Source of the DNA: Myxococcales bacterium
GTDB lineage: Bacteria; Myxococcota_A; Polyangia; Polyangiales; Polyangiaceae
Assembly (NCBI GenBank): GCA_016212965.1
Contig: JACRDA010000497.1
Coordinates: forward strand, 26,487 to 90,486
DNA: 64,000 nt
Direction of reading: 5' to 3'
The translations under genes were made by a program, and so were the position numbers. The notes beneath the pieces were generated by a model that ran no database searches, was not told the DNA's origin, and saw only the letters and a program-made list of their open reading frames with translations. Shown here piece by piece: positions 1 through 8,646 of the stretch (the stretch's first letter is position 1; each line of letters starts with the position of its first letter).

Positions 1-760
1 CGTCGAGCGCACCGGAGTCCGCGGCACCCACGTCGGCGGGGGTCGTGCGCGGCACCTCGGCGAGCACCGGCTCGTGGAAGCGCAGGGCGAGGCCGGCGGG
101 CGCCCAGTGGGACGCGGCTGCTGCCAGGCCCTCGTCGAGGAGAGCGCCGCCGAGGGAGGTGGCGTCGGCGAGGGCGAGGGGCGCCGCCACGTACACCGAG
201 ACCGCGAGCGTGCGGCCTGCGCCGAGCGCGAAGGCGCCCACCTCCACGGTGGCCCGCAGGCGTGCACGCTCCGCCTCGCTCGGGGCGAGCGGCGTGCGCG
301 TCGCGCAGTCGCGGAGCGCCACGCGGGCGTCGAGGCCGGTGACCTCCGCCGGCAGGTCGACCCCGTCGTTGGGAAAGACGTAGAGCCCGGCACCGATTGC
401 GGAGAACACCCGCTGCGCGCAGTCGTGGCACGCGAGCCCCCAGGTGTCCGGTGACGCACCGTCGCTCACCCAGCGCGCGCCGTTCGAGGCCACGACGTCG
501 ACGAGCTGCAGGCAGTAGGGTCCGCCGAGCGCGGCCTCGGTGCCGAGCCGAACGCGGAGCGCCAGGGTGTCCGTGCCCGGGGGACGGACGACCTGAAAGG
601 TGTCGCTCTCTCCGTCGGCGTCGAAGCGGAGCTCGGCGAGCGGGGCGAACGCGCCGCCGCTAGCCGGTTCCGAGGTCGGCTGGACGCCGGGCGGTGCACA
701 CGCCGCGAGCGCGGAAGGCGCCGCGAGCAGGAGAGCCCAGCCGCGCCCCCGGAAGCGCAC
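1..760 (-). CDS. Hypothetical lipoprotein; the 3' end runs off the left edge of the window
   Basis: Absent from the ORF track because it has no stop inside the window. I translated the minus strand by hand from GTG at 760-758, giving MRFRGRGWALLLAAPSALAAC-APPGVQPTSEP..., which is a signal peptide plus lipobox. I checked every in-frame triplet down to position 2 and found no stop. Third positions are GC-rich. There is a 1-nt gap after the stop of the upstream gene (762-764), suggesting one operon. Confidence 0.5.
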   Translation of the reverse strand, partial: MRFRGRGWALLLAAPSALAACAPPGVQPTSEPASGGAFAPLAELRFDADGESDTFQVVRPPGTDTLALRVRLGTEAALGGPYCLQLVDVVASNGARWVSDGASPDTWGLACHDCAQRVFSAIGAGLYVFPNDGVDLPAEVTGLDARVALRDCATRTPLAPSEAERARLRATVEVGAFALGAGRTLAVSVYVAAPLALADATSLGGALLDEGLAAAASHWAPAGLALRFHEPVLAEVPRTTPADVGAADSGALD

Positions 761-761
761 G

Positions 762-2711
762 TCACATGGCACCGGCGAGCTCCAGCGCGGTCACGTACCG
801 GCCGATCAGGGCCCTCAGCGCCGTGAGTGGCTCCACGGCGTAGTGCGCGATCAGCGCAGTCCTGGCGCTCGGATCCTCCTTCGCCACGGAGCCGAGGAGC
901 AGGATGGCGAGCGCACGCACCTGCGCCACCTCGGACCCGAGCCGGAGTATCGTCCCTGCGACGTCCACCTCGACCTGGGCGACGTTGTCCGACACGAGCT
1001 GGGCCACGGTGTCGCGCGCCCCCGGGTCCGCGAAGCCCTCGAGGGCGCCGAAGAGCTCCTCCGAGGCCGGCAGGCTGCCCATCTTGGCGAGCGTCCGGAA
1101 CGCCGCCGTCGTCACGATGGCGCTCTCGTCACGCAGGTGCTCCCGCACGCGGGCGGCGTAGCGGGCATCGCGGCTGTTGCCGATGGCGTCGAGCGCCAGT
1201 GACAGATCGGACGGGGCGCGGGCCTCGTCGAGCGCCTCACCGAGCCGCGCATGCACTTTCTCGCGACCGACCGCGCCGAGGGCGGCGTTGTCGGCGAGCG
1301 CCCCGACGCCGAGGTGGGCGCTACGCCGCACGTCCTCGGCGCCCGCGCCGTCACCGGCGGTACGCGAGGCCGCGACGACGCTCTCGGCCACGTCGTCCGT
1401 CGGGTCGGGCACCGACGAAAGCGCCACCACGGCGCGCAAGCGGTTCTCGCCGGACAGCGCCGGATCGTGCGTCGCCTGCGCGAGCGCCGCGTGCGCCTCG
1501 GCGCCGCCGGCGGCCTGGAGTCCGAAGAACGCCAGCCGGCAGAACTCGTCGGAGGCGCCGCCCGCGCGGACCACGGCGACCAGCGCGGCCGCCGCCTCGG
1601 GCCGCGCGCGCAGGTACTGCACGAGCAGCTCCGTGGCCGCGCGGAGATCGCCGCCGGCGAGGAGCGCCGAGACGTCGCCGAGAACGCCGTCGAGCTCGCG
1701 CGCGCCGAGCCCGGCGACGGGCGGGCGATCCGCGTAGGGCAGCGCCGAGAGCGGCTCGAGCGCGTCGCTGTCGCGGCGCCACGCGACGCTCGGCACGGCG
1801 AGCGAGTGGAAGGCCGCACGGGCCCTCGCCAAGTCGATGACGCGCAACCGGCCACGTGTGTCCGCCTCGCCGAGCAGCGTGCCGCCGCGCTTCAGGCGCA
1901 GGTGCTCGCGGACCGCGGTCGCGGCGAGCCACTTGCCGCGCGGATGGAAGGTGGCCGTGGCGAGGCTGTGGACGATGTGCGCGCGCGGCGCCTGCTCGCC
2001 GGCGCGCAACGGCTCGGCGCCGAGGACCCCCAGGTAGTCGAGCCGGCGACGCTCGAGGCGCGGCGCGCCCTCGACCGGCAGGCGGCGGTACTCGCTCAGG
2101 TACGTACCGGTCGCGTCGGTGCCCTCGGCCCGCCAGCTCGCGGCGCCCGCGCCGCTGCCCTCGAGGTCGAACTCGAGCAGCTGCCACAGGAGCAACCACT
2201 CGTTGTGCACGGCAGGGCCGAGCGCCGCGTCGCAGCCGAGGGCCGTGAGCCTGCCGTGCTGGTCGAGCTCGAAGCGGCTCGGAACCCCGAGACCTCGCTC
2301 GAGCTCACCGAGCGAGCGCTCGTCCTCGGTGAGCCGCACCGGCCGCAGCAGGGCCGTGCCGCGGTAGGCACGGCCTGCCGGCTCCTCGGCGACCACGTCG
2401 ATCCGGAGGAGCAGCTCGCCGGTGAGGTGGCGGCGCCCAGCGACCTCGGCCCCGGAAGGGCCTGCGCTCGGGTTGGTACGAAACAGGGTGTCGATCTCGA
2501 GCTCGTACGCCAGGAGATCGCCCTCGTCGAGCTCGAGGCCAAGGGCTCCGTGCATGGCCGGAGCCCCCGCCGGACCGGCGGCGACGCCCGCGGGGGCGGG
2601 GCGCAGCGCCAGGAAGGCACCGAGCGCCCCGGCCACCAAGAGGACCGCGCCCAACAGGGCGCCGAATGCCCTCTTGCGCCGCGCCGCCTGCCTCGAAGCT
2701 CGCGCTTTCAT
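762..2711 (-). CDS. Membrane-anchored HEAT/armadillo-like repeat protein (hypothetical)
   Basis: This is the real part of ORF 762..2960(-). ATG at 2711 gives MKARASRQAARRKRAFGALLGAVLLVAGALGAFLAL (basic N-terminus plus one TM). The C-terminal half is Ala/Leu-rich helical repeats (..AAALVAVVRAGG.., ..NRLRAVVALSSVPDP.., ..LDAIGNSRDARYAARVREHL..) typical of PBS-lyase/HEAT-like repeats. It starts 12 nt after the stop of 2723..5035. Confidence 0.6.
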   Translation of the reverse strand: MKARASRQAARRKRAFGALLGAVLLVAGALGAFLALRPAPAGVAAGPAGAPAMHGALGLELDEGDLLAYELEIDTLFRTNPSAGPSGAEVAGRRHLTGELLLRIDVVAEEPAGRAYRGTALLRPVRLTEDERSLGELERGLGVPSRFELDQHGRLTALGCDAALGPAVHNEWLLLWQLLEFDLEGSGAGAASWRAEGTDATGTYLSEYRRLPVEGAPRLERRRLDYLGVLGAEPLRAGEQAPRAHIVHSLATATFHPRGKWLAATAVREHLRLKRGGTLLGEADTRGRLRVIDLARARAAFHSLAVPSVAWRRDSDALEPLSALPYADRPPVAGLGARELDGVLGDVSALLAGGDLRAATELLVQYLRARPEAAAALVAVVRAGGASDEFCRLAFFGLQAAGGAEAHAALAQATHDPALSGENRLRAVVALSSVPDPTDDVAESVVAASRTAGDGAGAEDVRRSAHLGVGALADNAALGAVGREKVHARLGEALDEARAPSDLSLALDAIGNSRDARYAARVREHLRDESAIVTTAAFRTLAKMGSLPASEELFGALEGFADPGARDTVAQLVSDNVAQVEVDVAGTILRLGSEVAQVRALAILLLGSVAKEDPSARTALIAHYAVEPLTALRALIGRYVTALELAGAM

Positions 2712-2722
2712 GCTCGCCAAGC

Positions 2723-5035
2723 TCAGAACAGGGTGAGCTGCGCGTTCTGGCTGAAGAGGTTGTAGCTGTAGTTGAGGCCAGCCCACTCGGCGATGTTCTT
2801 GTTGAACACGTCGGCCCAGTCGCTGCACGGCCACCAGCCGCACATGCTCGGCTGCCAGGCCTTCACCCAGACGTTGATGCTCCCCTGCAGCAACGTGAGG
2901 GAGAGGTCGAGGCTCGCCGCGCCGGTCACCACGAGCGAAGGCCCGGACACGAGGCCCCACTTCAGATCGCCCACGGCCGGCACGCGCAGACTCACGAGCG
3001 TGATGTCGCCGGTGGCGCCGCCCTTCAGCGCCGCGAGGTCGGCGTAGGCCGACGCCTGCGCGGTGATCTGGGCGTAGGGCGTGACCGTCAGGGTGGCCTG
3101 GCCGATCTTGGTCGACTGGTCGAAGGGAGGATTACCCGCCCCGGTCGCGGCGTTGATCGTGGCCTCGGCGTCGATCCCGGCCGACCCGCCCGCGCACAGC
3201 TTGACGTTCAAGCCTAGGCCGGCGACGCCGTAGTTGTACGTCATGCAATACTCGCGCTGGAAGCTGACGTTCCAGGTCTGGTGGTACGAGGGCACCTCGT
3301 CGGCGACCCCCCAGAGCTTGACCCCGAAGACCTCGACGCCCGCGTCGTAGCCCGAGCCGACGATCGACACGTTGGCGTTGGCCTTGGCCCAGAGGTTCAC
3401 GACGGGGAACGAGAACCAGCCGCCGACGTTGGCGACGGCGTAATTGTTGGTCGAGGCGCCGGAGAGGTTGAGGTAGTTCTGGGTGCCGAGTGCCAGGTTG
3501 GCCGAGACGACGTCGTTGCCCGTCGAGGTGCCCCAGTCCTTGACCATCTCCAGGTTCGACGCCCCCTGCTCGGGGAAGCTCCCAGGGATGAGCTGCACCT
3601 GCTTGACGATGCAGTTGTTGGCGTCGTGATCCCCGTGGTGGCTGTCTTCCGTGAAGCCCTCCGGCACGGCGCACACGCGCAGGTTGAAGAGGCCGTAGTC
3701 GCGCCAGCCTCCGAGGTAGGCGCTGCAGGCCGCGGTGCCGTCCTCCACGAAGATCTTGTGATGGAAGTGATGCGGCTCGCCCGCCGGCAGATCCGCGAAG
3801 TCGTCCGAGGGGACGAGCGGTGCCTGCTGCGGCCCCCAGGTGCCTGCGTGGCTCTCGCAGTCGGCCTGGGTGGTGTAGGCCGGGTTGCTGCACACGAAAT
3901 CGGCGTGCTCCGTGCTCGCGAGCAGGAGCGGCACGTAGCTCTCGCCGGCGACGCAATCGTAGGCGTCGCCCACCTTCTCGGCCGGACAGAAGTCGTAGAA
4001 GATGCGCAGCTTCGCGTCGGGGCCGAAGGTGTCGAGCACGTCGGGCTGCACGGGACCTTCCGTCACGCCGTCGTGGGCCTCCGCCCCGAAGAGCGTGAAG
4101 CTGCCGTCGACCTCGAGCACGGGCGCACCGTGATCCGTGTCGCACAGCTCGGTGGCGAGCTGCCACAGCTGCCCGGCCGCGAGGCAGTCGGCCTCGGTGA
4201 GGCTCACGCCGTCGTCGCAGGCGTAGCTGCCCTGGCGCGGCACCACGCCGATCTCGGTCTCGAGCTCGAACTCCTCGAACTCGACGTCGAGGCCGGGGCT
4301 CGCGTGCACCTCGAGGTCGACGATGCAGCCTTGGCCGGTCTGGCCGGCGAGATCGAGGTAGCACTCCGCGTTCCGATTCTCGCCCTCGGTGTCGGTGAGG
4401 TTGACGTCGAAGAACTGCGTGTTGTGCGAGCTCTCGGGGATGCCGGCGTGGTCGCCCTCCTCGGCGTGCGTGGGGTCGATGGCGACCCAGACGTTGAACG
4501 TCTGGACGGCGTCGCCCTCCCGCAGGCAGTCGTTGGGGATGATGAACTTGTGGCTGAACTCGACGGGTGCCGGAACGGCCTGGTCCGAGGCGAGGAGCTC
4601 GACCTCGAAACTCCCGAGCTGGCAGGTGTGCTGCGTGCTCTCGTCCTGCCCCGGCTCGAGCGCCTCGATGAGGCCGACCTGGATCGTGTGCTGGTGGTTG
4701 CCGTGCTCCGGGAGCAGCCAGAGGTGCACGGTGACCGGGTGGTGCTGGGCGAAGCTCGTCGCCACGTTGTCCTGGTTGTCCTTCACCGCCAGGGACACGA
4801 TCTTCGCGAGCTCCACCTCTGCGGGCGGGGGTGGCTCGAGGCTGCTGGCGTCGACGCAGAGGTCGGAAAGGCACGTGAGCCCCGTGTCGCAGGCGCCGTC
4901 GACGCACGCGCCGCCGACGGACCCCGCGCTCGGGTCGGTCGAGCAACCCGCGAGCGCCGCAGCCACGAGCGCGAGGCCACCGTGGTGCGCGCGCCCTGAG
5001 GAGCGGCCAGTGAAACGAGCAAACCAACTCGACAT
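2723..5035 (-). CDS. Large secreted lipoprotein with a Cys-rich N-terminal module and a beta-rich C-terminal domain ending in Phe (no family recognised)
   Basis: From ORF 2723..5047(-). ATG at 5035 is preceded by GGAGG with a 5-nt spacer (ttGGAGGtctacATG on the minus strand). The N-terminus MSSWFARFTGRSSGRAHHGGLALVAAALAGC is a signal peptide plus lipobox, followed by CVDGACDTGLTCLSDLC. The last ~270 aa are rich in N/S/T/G/W/Y with an alternating hydrophobic pattern and end ...NLFSQNAQLTLF. Confidence 0.7.
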   Translation of the reverse strand: MSSWFARFTGRSSGRAHHGGLALVAAALAGCSTDPSAGSVGGACVDGACDTGLTCLSDLCVDASSLEPPPPAEVELAKIVSLAVKDNQDNVATSFAQHHPVTVHLWLLPEHGNHQHTIQVGLIEALEPGQDESTQHTCQLGSFEVELLASDQAVPAPVEFSHKFIIPNDCLREGDAVQTFNVWVAIDPTHAEEGDHAGIPESSHNTQFFDVNLTDTEGENRNAECYLDLAGQTGQGCIVDLEVHASPGLDVEFEEFELETEIGVVPRQGSYACDDGVSLTEADCLAAGQLWQLATELCDTDHGAPVLEVDGSFTLFGAEAHDGVTEGPVQPDVLDTFGPDAKLRIFYDFCPAEKVGDAYDCVAGESYVPLLLASTEHADFVCSNPAYTTQADCESHAGTWGPQQAPLVPSDDFADLPAGEPHHFHHKIFVEDGTAACSAYLGGWRDYGLFNLRVCAVPEGFTEDSHHGDHDANNCIVKQVQLIPGSFPEQGASNLEMVKDWGTSTGNDVVSANLALGTQNYLNLSGASTNNYAVANVGGWFSFPVVNLWAKANANVSIVGSGYDAGVEVFGVKLWGVADEVPSYHQTWNVSFQREYCMTYNYGVAGLGLNVKLCAGGSAGIDAEATINAATGAGNPPFDQSTKIGQATLTVTPYAQITAQASAYADLAALKGGATGDITLVSLRVPAVGDLKWGLVSGPSLVVTGAASLDLSLTLLQGSINVWVKAWQPSMCGWWPCSDWADVFNKNIAEWAGLNYSYNLFSQNAQLTLF

Positions 5036-5358
5036 GTAGACCTCCAACGAACGTCGCCTGCCCGACGGCGCGACGATCGCCCTTCATCCGTCTTCTTGTT
5101 GTTCAGGCGCGCGCCGAGCCCGCCGCGCCGAGCGATCGCCGCGGTTCCGTGCTCGCGAAGATGGTGCCAGTCATGCGTCCATTGCTCCGACGTCGCTTCC
5201 CACCCTCGCAGCGGCCGTCGCGCATTCCGCCCAGAGTGCCGCAGGGCAGCGCCGGTCGCCATGATGTGTTCCCGTCATTTTGCTGATTCGTCTCGCCGGA
5301 ACGAGACGGCTCCTGTACTGGGGAAGCTGGCGGATTTCAGTGCACACACGGCAGGGAC

Positions 5359-6021
5359 ATGCGCGTCGGACAGGTTCAAGAGCTGGTAGCGAGCACGGCG
5401 GACGCGGCCTTCGCGATCGACGCCCAGGGCATCGTCGTCGCCTGGAACGACGCCTGTGCTGCGCTCTTCGGCGTGCCCGCGGTGAAAGCGCTGGGCGAGG
5501 TTTGCGGGCCGCTCGTCGGCGGCGTGGACGAGTGCGGTCCCGTGTGCTCACCGGAGTGCTGCGTGCTGCAGGCCGCTGGCGCGCGCCGGCCGATCGGCAA
5601 CTTCGACCTGCAAGTCAGGACCGCGGCCGGCATGCGCTGGTGCAACTGCTCCGTGCTGCTCGTGGGAGCGCGCGGCGCGGCGCGGTCGTGGTCGGTCCAC
5701 GTGCTGCGCAACGTCGACCTCAGGAAGCGCCTCGAGGTGCTGGTGCGCGACTTCGTCGTGTCGTCGACCGGTCTCGCCGCCGCCGACGCCGCGAACGTGC
5801 TCGCCGTACGCCGCTCGCCCGTCCAGACCGCGCGTCTGACGGCCCAGGAGCTCGCCGTCCTGCGGCTCGTGGCGAAGGGCAGCTCGACGGCGGCGATCGC
5901 CGTCACGCTCGGCATCGCACCAGTCACCGTCACCAACCACGTGCAAAACGTGCTGCGTAAGCTCGACGCTCACAGTCGGCTCGAGGCGGTGAGGCGCGCC
6001 GAACTCGCCGGGCTCTTGTGA
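5359..6021 (+). CDS. PAS-domain LuxR/GerE-family transcriptional regulator
   Basis: ORF 5359..6021 with an ATG start. The N-terminal region is PAS-like (AFAIDAQGIVVAWNDACAALFG). The C-terminus is a LuxR-type HTH (LTAQELAVLRLVAKGSSTAAIAVTLGIAPVTVTNHVQNVLRKLDAHSRLEAV). Confidence 0.8.
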   Translation: MRVGQVQELVASTADAAFAIDAQGIVVAWNDACAALFGVPAVKALGEVCGPLVGGVDECGPVCSPECCVLQAAGARRPIGNFDLQVRTAAGMRWCNCSVLLVGARGAARSWSVHVLRNVDLRKRLEVLVRDFVVSSTGLAAADAANVLAVRRSPVQTARLTAQELAVLRLVAKGSSTAAIAVTLGIAPVTVTNHVQNVLRKLDAHSRLEAVRRAELAGLL

Positions 6022-6197
6022 CCGCGGCGAACGGCACCGGCGCGAGGGTTCGCGGCGGCCGGTCGCGGCGGCGGCCCGAGCACCACACCTAGCCGGCGAC
6101 CGTGTTCCGTGCGAACACGGTATCTTGCTCGCCACCGCAGCGGCACACGCCGCTGCCTCCCTGCTGTGTGGTAAAGGAGGGCCGACGCAAAGCTGCC

Positions 6198-7361
6198 ATG
6201 AGCGATGGACACGAGGTGGGGGGGCCGGCGTGGCTCAGGGCACACCGGGCCTGCATGGACGCGGTCGCCGAGCCGCTCCTGGCGATCGGGCCGCGCTACG
6301 AGATCCTTGCCGCCAACCAAGCGTTCGTCGAGCAGACCGGACACACGGAAGCCGAGGTGGTCGGGCGGCGGTGCCACGTCGTGAGCCACCGGTCCGAGGT
6401 GCCGTGCTGGGCCGACGGGGCCACGTGCCCGCTCGAGGCAGTATTGCAGAACCGGCGCCCCTGCGCGGTGACGCACGTGCACCTCGATGCCGAGGGCCGC
6501 CGGCGTGTCGTCGAGGTTGCCGCCGCACCGGTCCGTGATGCCCGCGGGGAAATCGTGGCCGTCATCGAGTCGCTGCGTGACGTGACGGCCGAGGTCGAGT
6601 TGCGGGAGGAGCTCGCGCGCCAGAACGCCGAGCTCGAGCAGGCGCGGCTGCGGCGCGAGCAGCACACGAGCGCCGTGTGCCACGAGCTCGGGAACATCCT
6701 GAGCTGTGTGCGGCTGAACGCCGAGGCGCTCCTCACCCGGGCCGCCTCGCCGCAGGCGAGCGCGCACGCCTCGTTCATTCTCGACGAGACCGTTCGCTTC
6801 GGCCGCCTGCTCGAGGACCTGCGCGACGCAGCGGCGATGGAGACACAGCGCTTCACGTTGCGGTGCATGCCCTGCGATCTCGTCGAGATCGTTCGCGATG
6901 CGGTCGCGGAGCACCGGGCGATCGTCGGCGACCGGCTCGTCACGGAGCTCGGTGAGCCGGGCGTGGCGGGGCGCTGGGACGGGGTGCGCCTGCGACAGGT
7001 GCTCGACAACCTCATCGGAAACGCCGCGAAGTTCTCCGAAGCGGGCGGCGCGATCCGCGTCCGCCTCGAGCGCACGGCCTCCGGCGTGCTCGTTTCGGTG
7101 GAAGATCGCGGCTCCGGTATCCCGCCGGAGCGCATGGCGCACCTCTTCCAGCCGTACGCCCGTGCGCACGCAGGCGTTGCGGGCCTGGGGCTCGGCTTGT
7201 ACCTGAGCCGCGGCATCGTCGAGGCGCACGGCGGCCGGATCTCGGCTTCGAGCACCTGGGGCGAGGGGACGACCGTGACCTTCTCGCTGCCGTGCAGCGC
7301 GGATGCCGAGCATGCGGCCGGCGCACACGATGCAACCGAGGCTGGGGCGCACCCGCAGTGA
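6198..7361 (+). CDS. PAS sensor histidine kinase
   Basis: Part of ORF 6102..7361. ATG at 6198 (MSDGHEV) lies downstream of AAGGAGG. Domains seen are PAS (LLAIGPRYEILAANQAFVEQTGHTEAEVVGRRCH), an H-box (AVCHELGNIL), an N-box (QVLDNLIGNAAKF) and G-boxes (DRGSGIP, GLGLGLYLSRGIVEAHGG). Confidence 0.8.
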   Translation: MSDGHEVGGPAWLRAHRACMDAVAEPLLAIGPRYEILAANQAFVEQTGHTEAEVVGRRCHVVSHRSEVPCWADGATCPLEAVLQNRRPCAVTHVHLDAEGRRRVVEVAAAPVRDARGEIVAVIESLRDVTAEVELREELARQNAELEQARLRREQHTSAVCHELGNILSCVRLNAEALLTRAASPQASAHASFILDETVRFGRLLEDLRDAAAMETQRFTLRCMPCDLVEIVRDAVAEHRAIVGDRLVTELGEPGVAGRWDGVRLRQVLDNLIGNAAKFSEAGGAIRVRLERTASGVLVSVEDRGSGIPPERMAHLFQPYARAHAGVAGLGLGLYLSRGIVEAHGGRISASSTWGEGTTVTFSLPCSADAEHAAGAHDATEAGAHPQ

Positions 7362-7417
7362 ACGCGGCTCGCCTGCTGGGGCCACGGGTCGGCGCGGTGA
7401 CGCTCTCGGGCGGCTCC

Positions 7418-8551
7418 TCAGTCGAGCCCGGCGGTCGGGCTCGCCGCGACGAGGTCGCGCAGCGCGTCGAGCTCGCCTTGGGGGATCGCGAGGAAGGCGT
7501 CGGCGCAGGCCGGATCGAGCTGGGTGCCGCGCGATTTCTCGATCTCGGCGCGCGCCGCCTCGGCCGACAGCGCCTTGCGGTACGGTCGGTCCGTCGTCAT
7601 GGCGTCGTAGGTGTCGATGACGCCGAAGATGCGCGCGCCGAGCGGGATGGCGCTGCCCGCGAGCCCGTCGGGGTAGCCCTTGCCGTCGAAGCGCTCGTGG
7701 TGCGAGCGCACCATGTCCCGCGCGCCGCCCAGGAAATCGACGCCGGCGAGGATGTGGTAGCCGTGCAGGGAGTGCTTGCGCATCTCGACCCACTCTTCGT
7801 CGGTCAGCTTGCCGGGCTTCAACAAGATGGTGTCGCTGACGCCGATCTTGCCGACGTCGTGGAGCAGCGCCCCGCGCTCGATCTCGAGCACGAGGCGCGG
7901 CTCGAGGGCGAGCTGCTCGGCGTGCCGGCGCGCGTAGAGCGCGACGCGGCGCGAGTGCCCCTGCGTCTCGGTGTCGCGAAAATCGAGGGCGTTGATGAGG
8001 CCGAGCAAGAGCGCCGTCGTGCGCCCCTGGACCTCGGCGTCGAGCACGCGCGTCAGGTCTTGGAGCTCGACGTTGCGGTCGGCCAGCAGGGCGGAGAAGC
8101 GGCGGTGCTCGAGCCGCATCCGGTACTGCTCGGCCGCGTCCTTCACCGCGGCCCGGAGGTCCGAGCGCTCCCACGGCTTCGTGAGGAAGCGGAAGACGTT
8201 CGCGCGGTTGATCGCCTCGGCCGCCACGCTGAGGTCGGCGTGGCCGGTCACGAGGACGCAAGCAGTGTCCGCCGAGACCTCGCGCACGTGCCGGCAAAGC
8301 TCGATGCCGTTCATGCCGGGCATGGCGTAGTCCGCCACCACGACCGCGTAGTTGCGGCGCATGAGCAGGCCGAGCGCGTCCGCCGCGGTCTCGCACGCGT
8401 CGACCGTCCAGTCGGGCTGCCCGAGCGCGCGCGCCGTGGCCTTGAGCATGGCCGGATCGTCGTCGACCACGAGGATGCGCGCCGGCGACCTCGCGGAAAC
8501 CACCTTGTCGTCCGCAGCGCCCGGCGCCGCACCCTCTCCCAGCTCCGGCAT
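7418..8551 (-). CDS. Response regulator with HD-GYP output domain (RpfG-like c-di-GMP phosphodiesterase)
   Basis: From ORF 7418..8560(-). ATG at 8551 (MPELGEG); an alternative GTG lies at 8560. The REC domain shows ILVVDDDP...VVVADYAMPGMNG...TKPW. The HD-GYP domain shows HDVGKIGV...HHERFDGKGYPDGL. Confidence 0.85.
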   Translation of the reverse strand: MPELGEGAAPGAADDKVVSARSPARILVVDDDPAMLKATARALGQPDWTVDACETAADALGLLMRRNYAVVVADYAMPGMNGIELCRHVREVSADTACVLVTGHADLSVAAEAINRANVFRFLTKPWERSDLRAAVKDAAEQYRMRLEHRRFSALLADRNVELQDLTRVLDAEVQGRTTALLLGLINALDFRDTETQGHSRRVALYARRHAEQLALEPRLVLEIERGALLHDVGKIGVSDTILLKPGKLTDEEWVEMRKHSLHGYHILAGVDFLGGARDMVRSHHERFDGKGYPDGLAGSAIPLGARIFGVIDTYDAMTTDRPYRKALSAEAARAEIEKSRGTQLDPACADAFLAIPQGELDALRDLVAASPTAGLD

Positions 8552-8646
8552 CGCCCTCACCCTTCCGAACGGTTGGCCGCGAGTATGTCACTCGTTCACG
8601 GTCGCGGCAAACGGCGCGGACATCCTCGTAGGATACCCGAGCAGTC

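Noticed and set aside
5970-8591. 873-aa minus-strand ORF. The same judgement applies to similar long Arg-rich ORFs such as 37068..40481, 16666..18594, 25095..26783, 58..59.8 kb (56863..59826), 60887..62545 and 62761..63987
   Set aside because: All are antisense or out of frame to genes with clear domain signatures. They have extreme Arg/Ala/Gly/Pro or Glu/Arg/Asp/His composition and no recognisable motifs.
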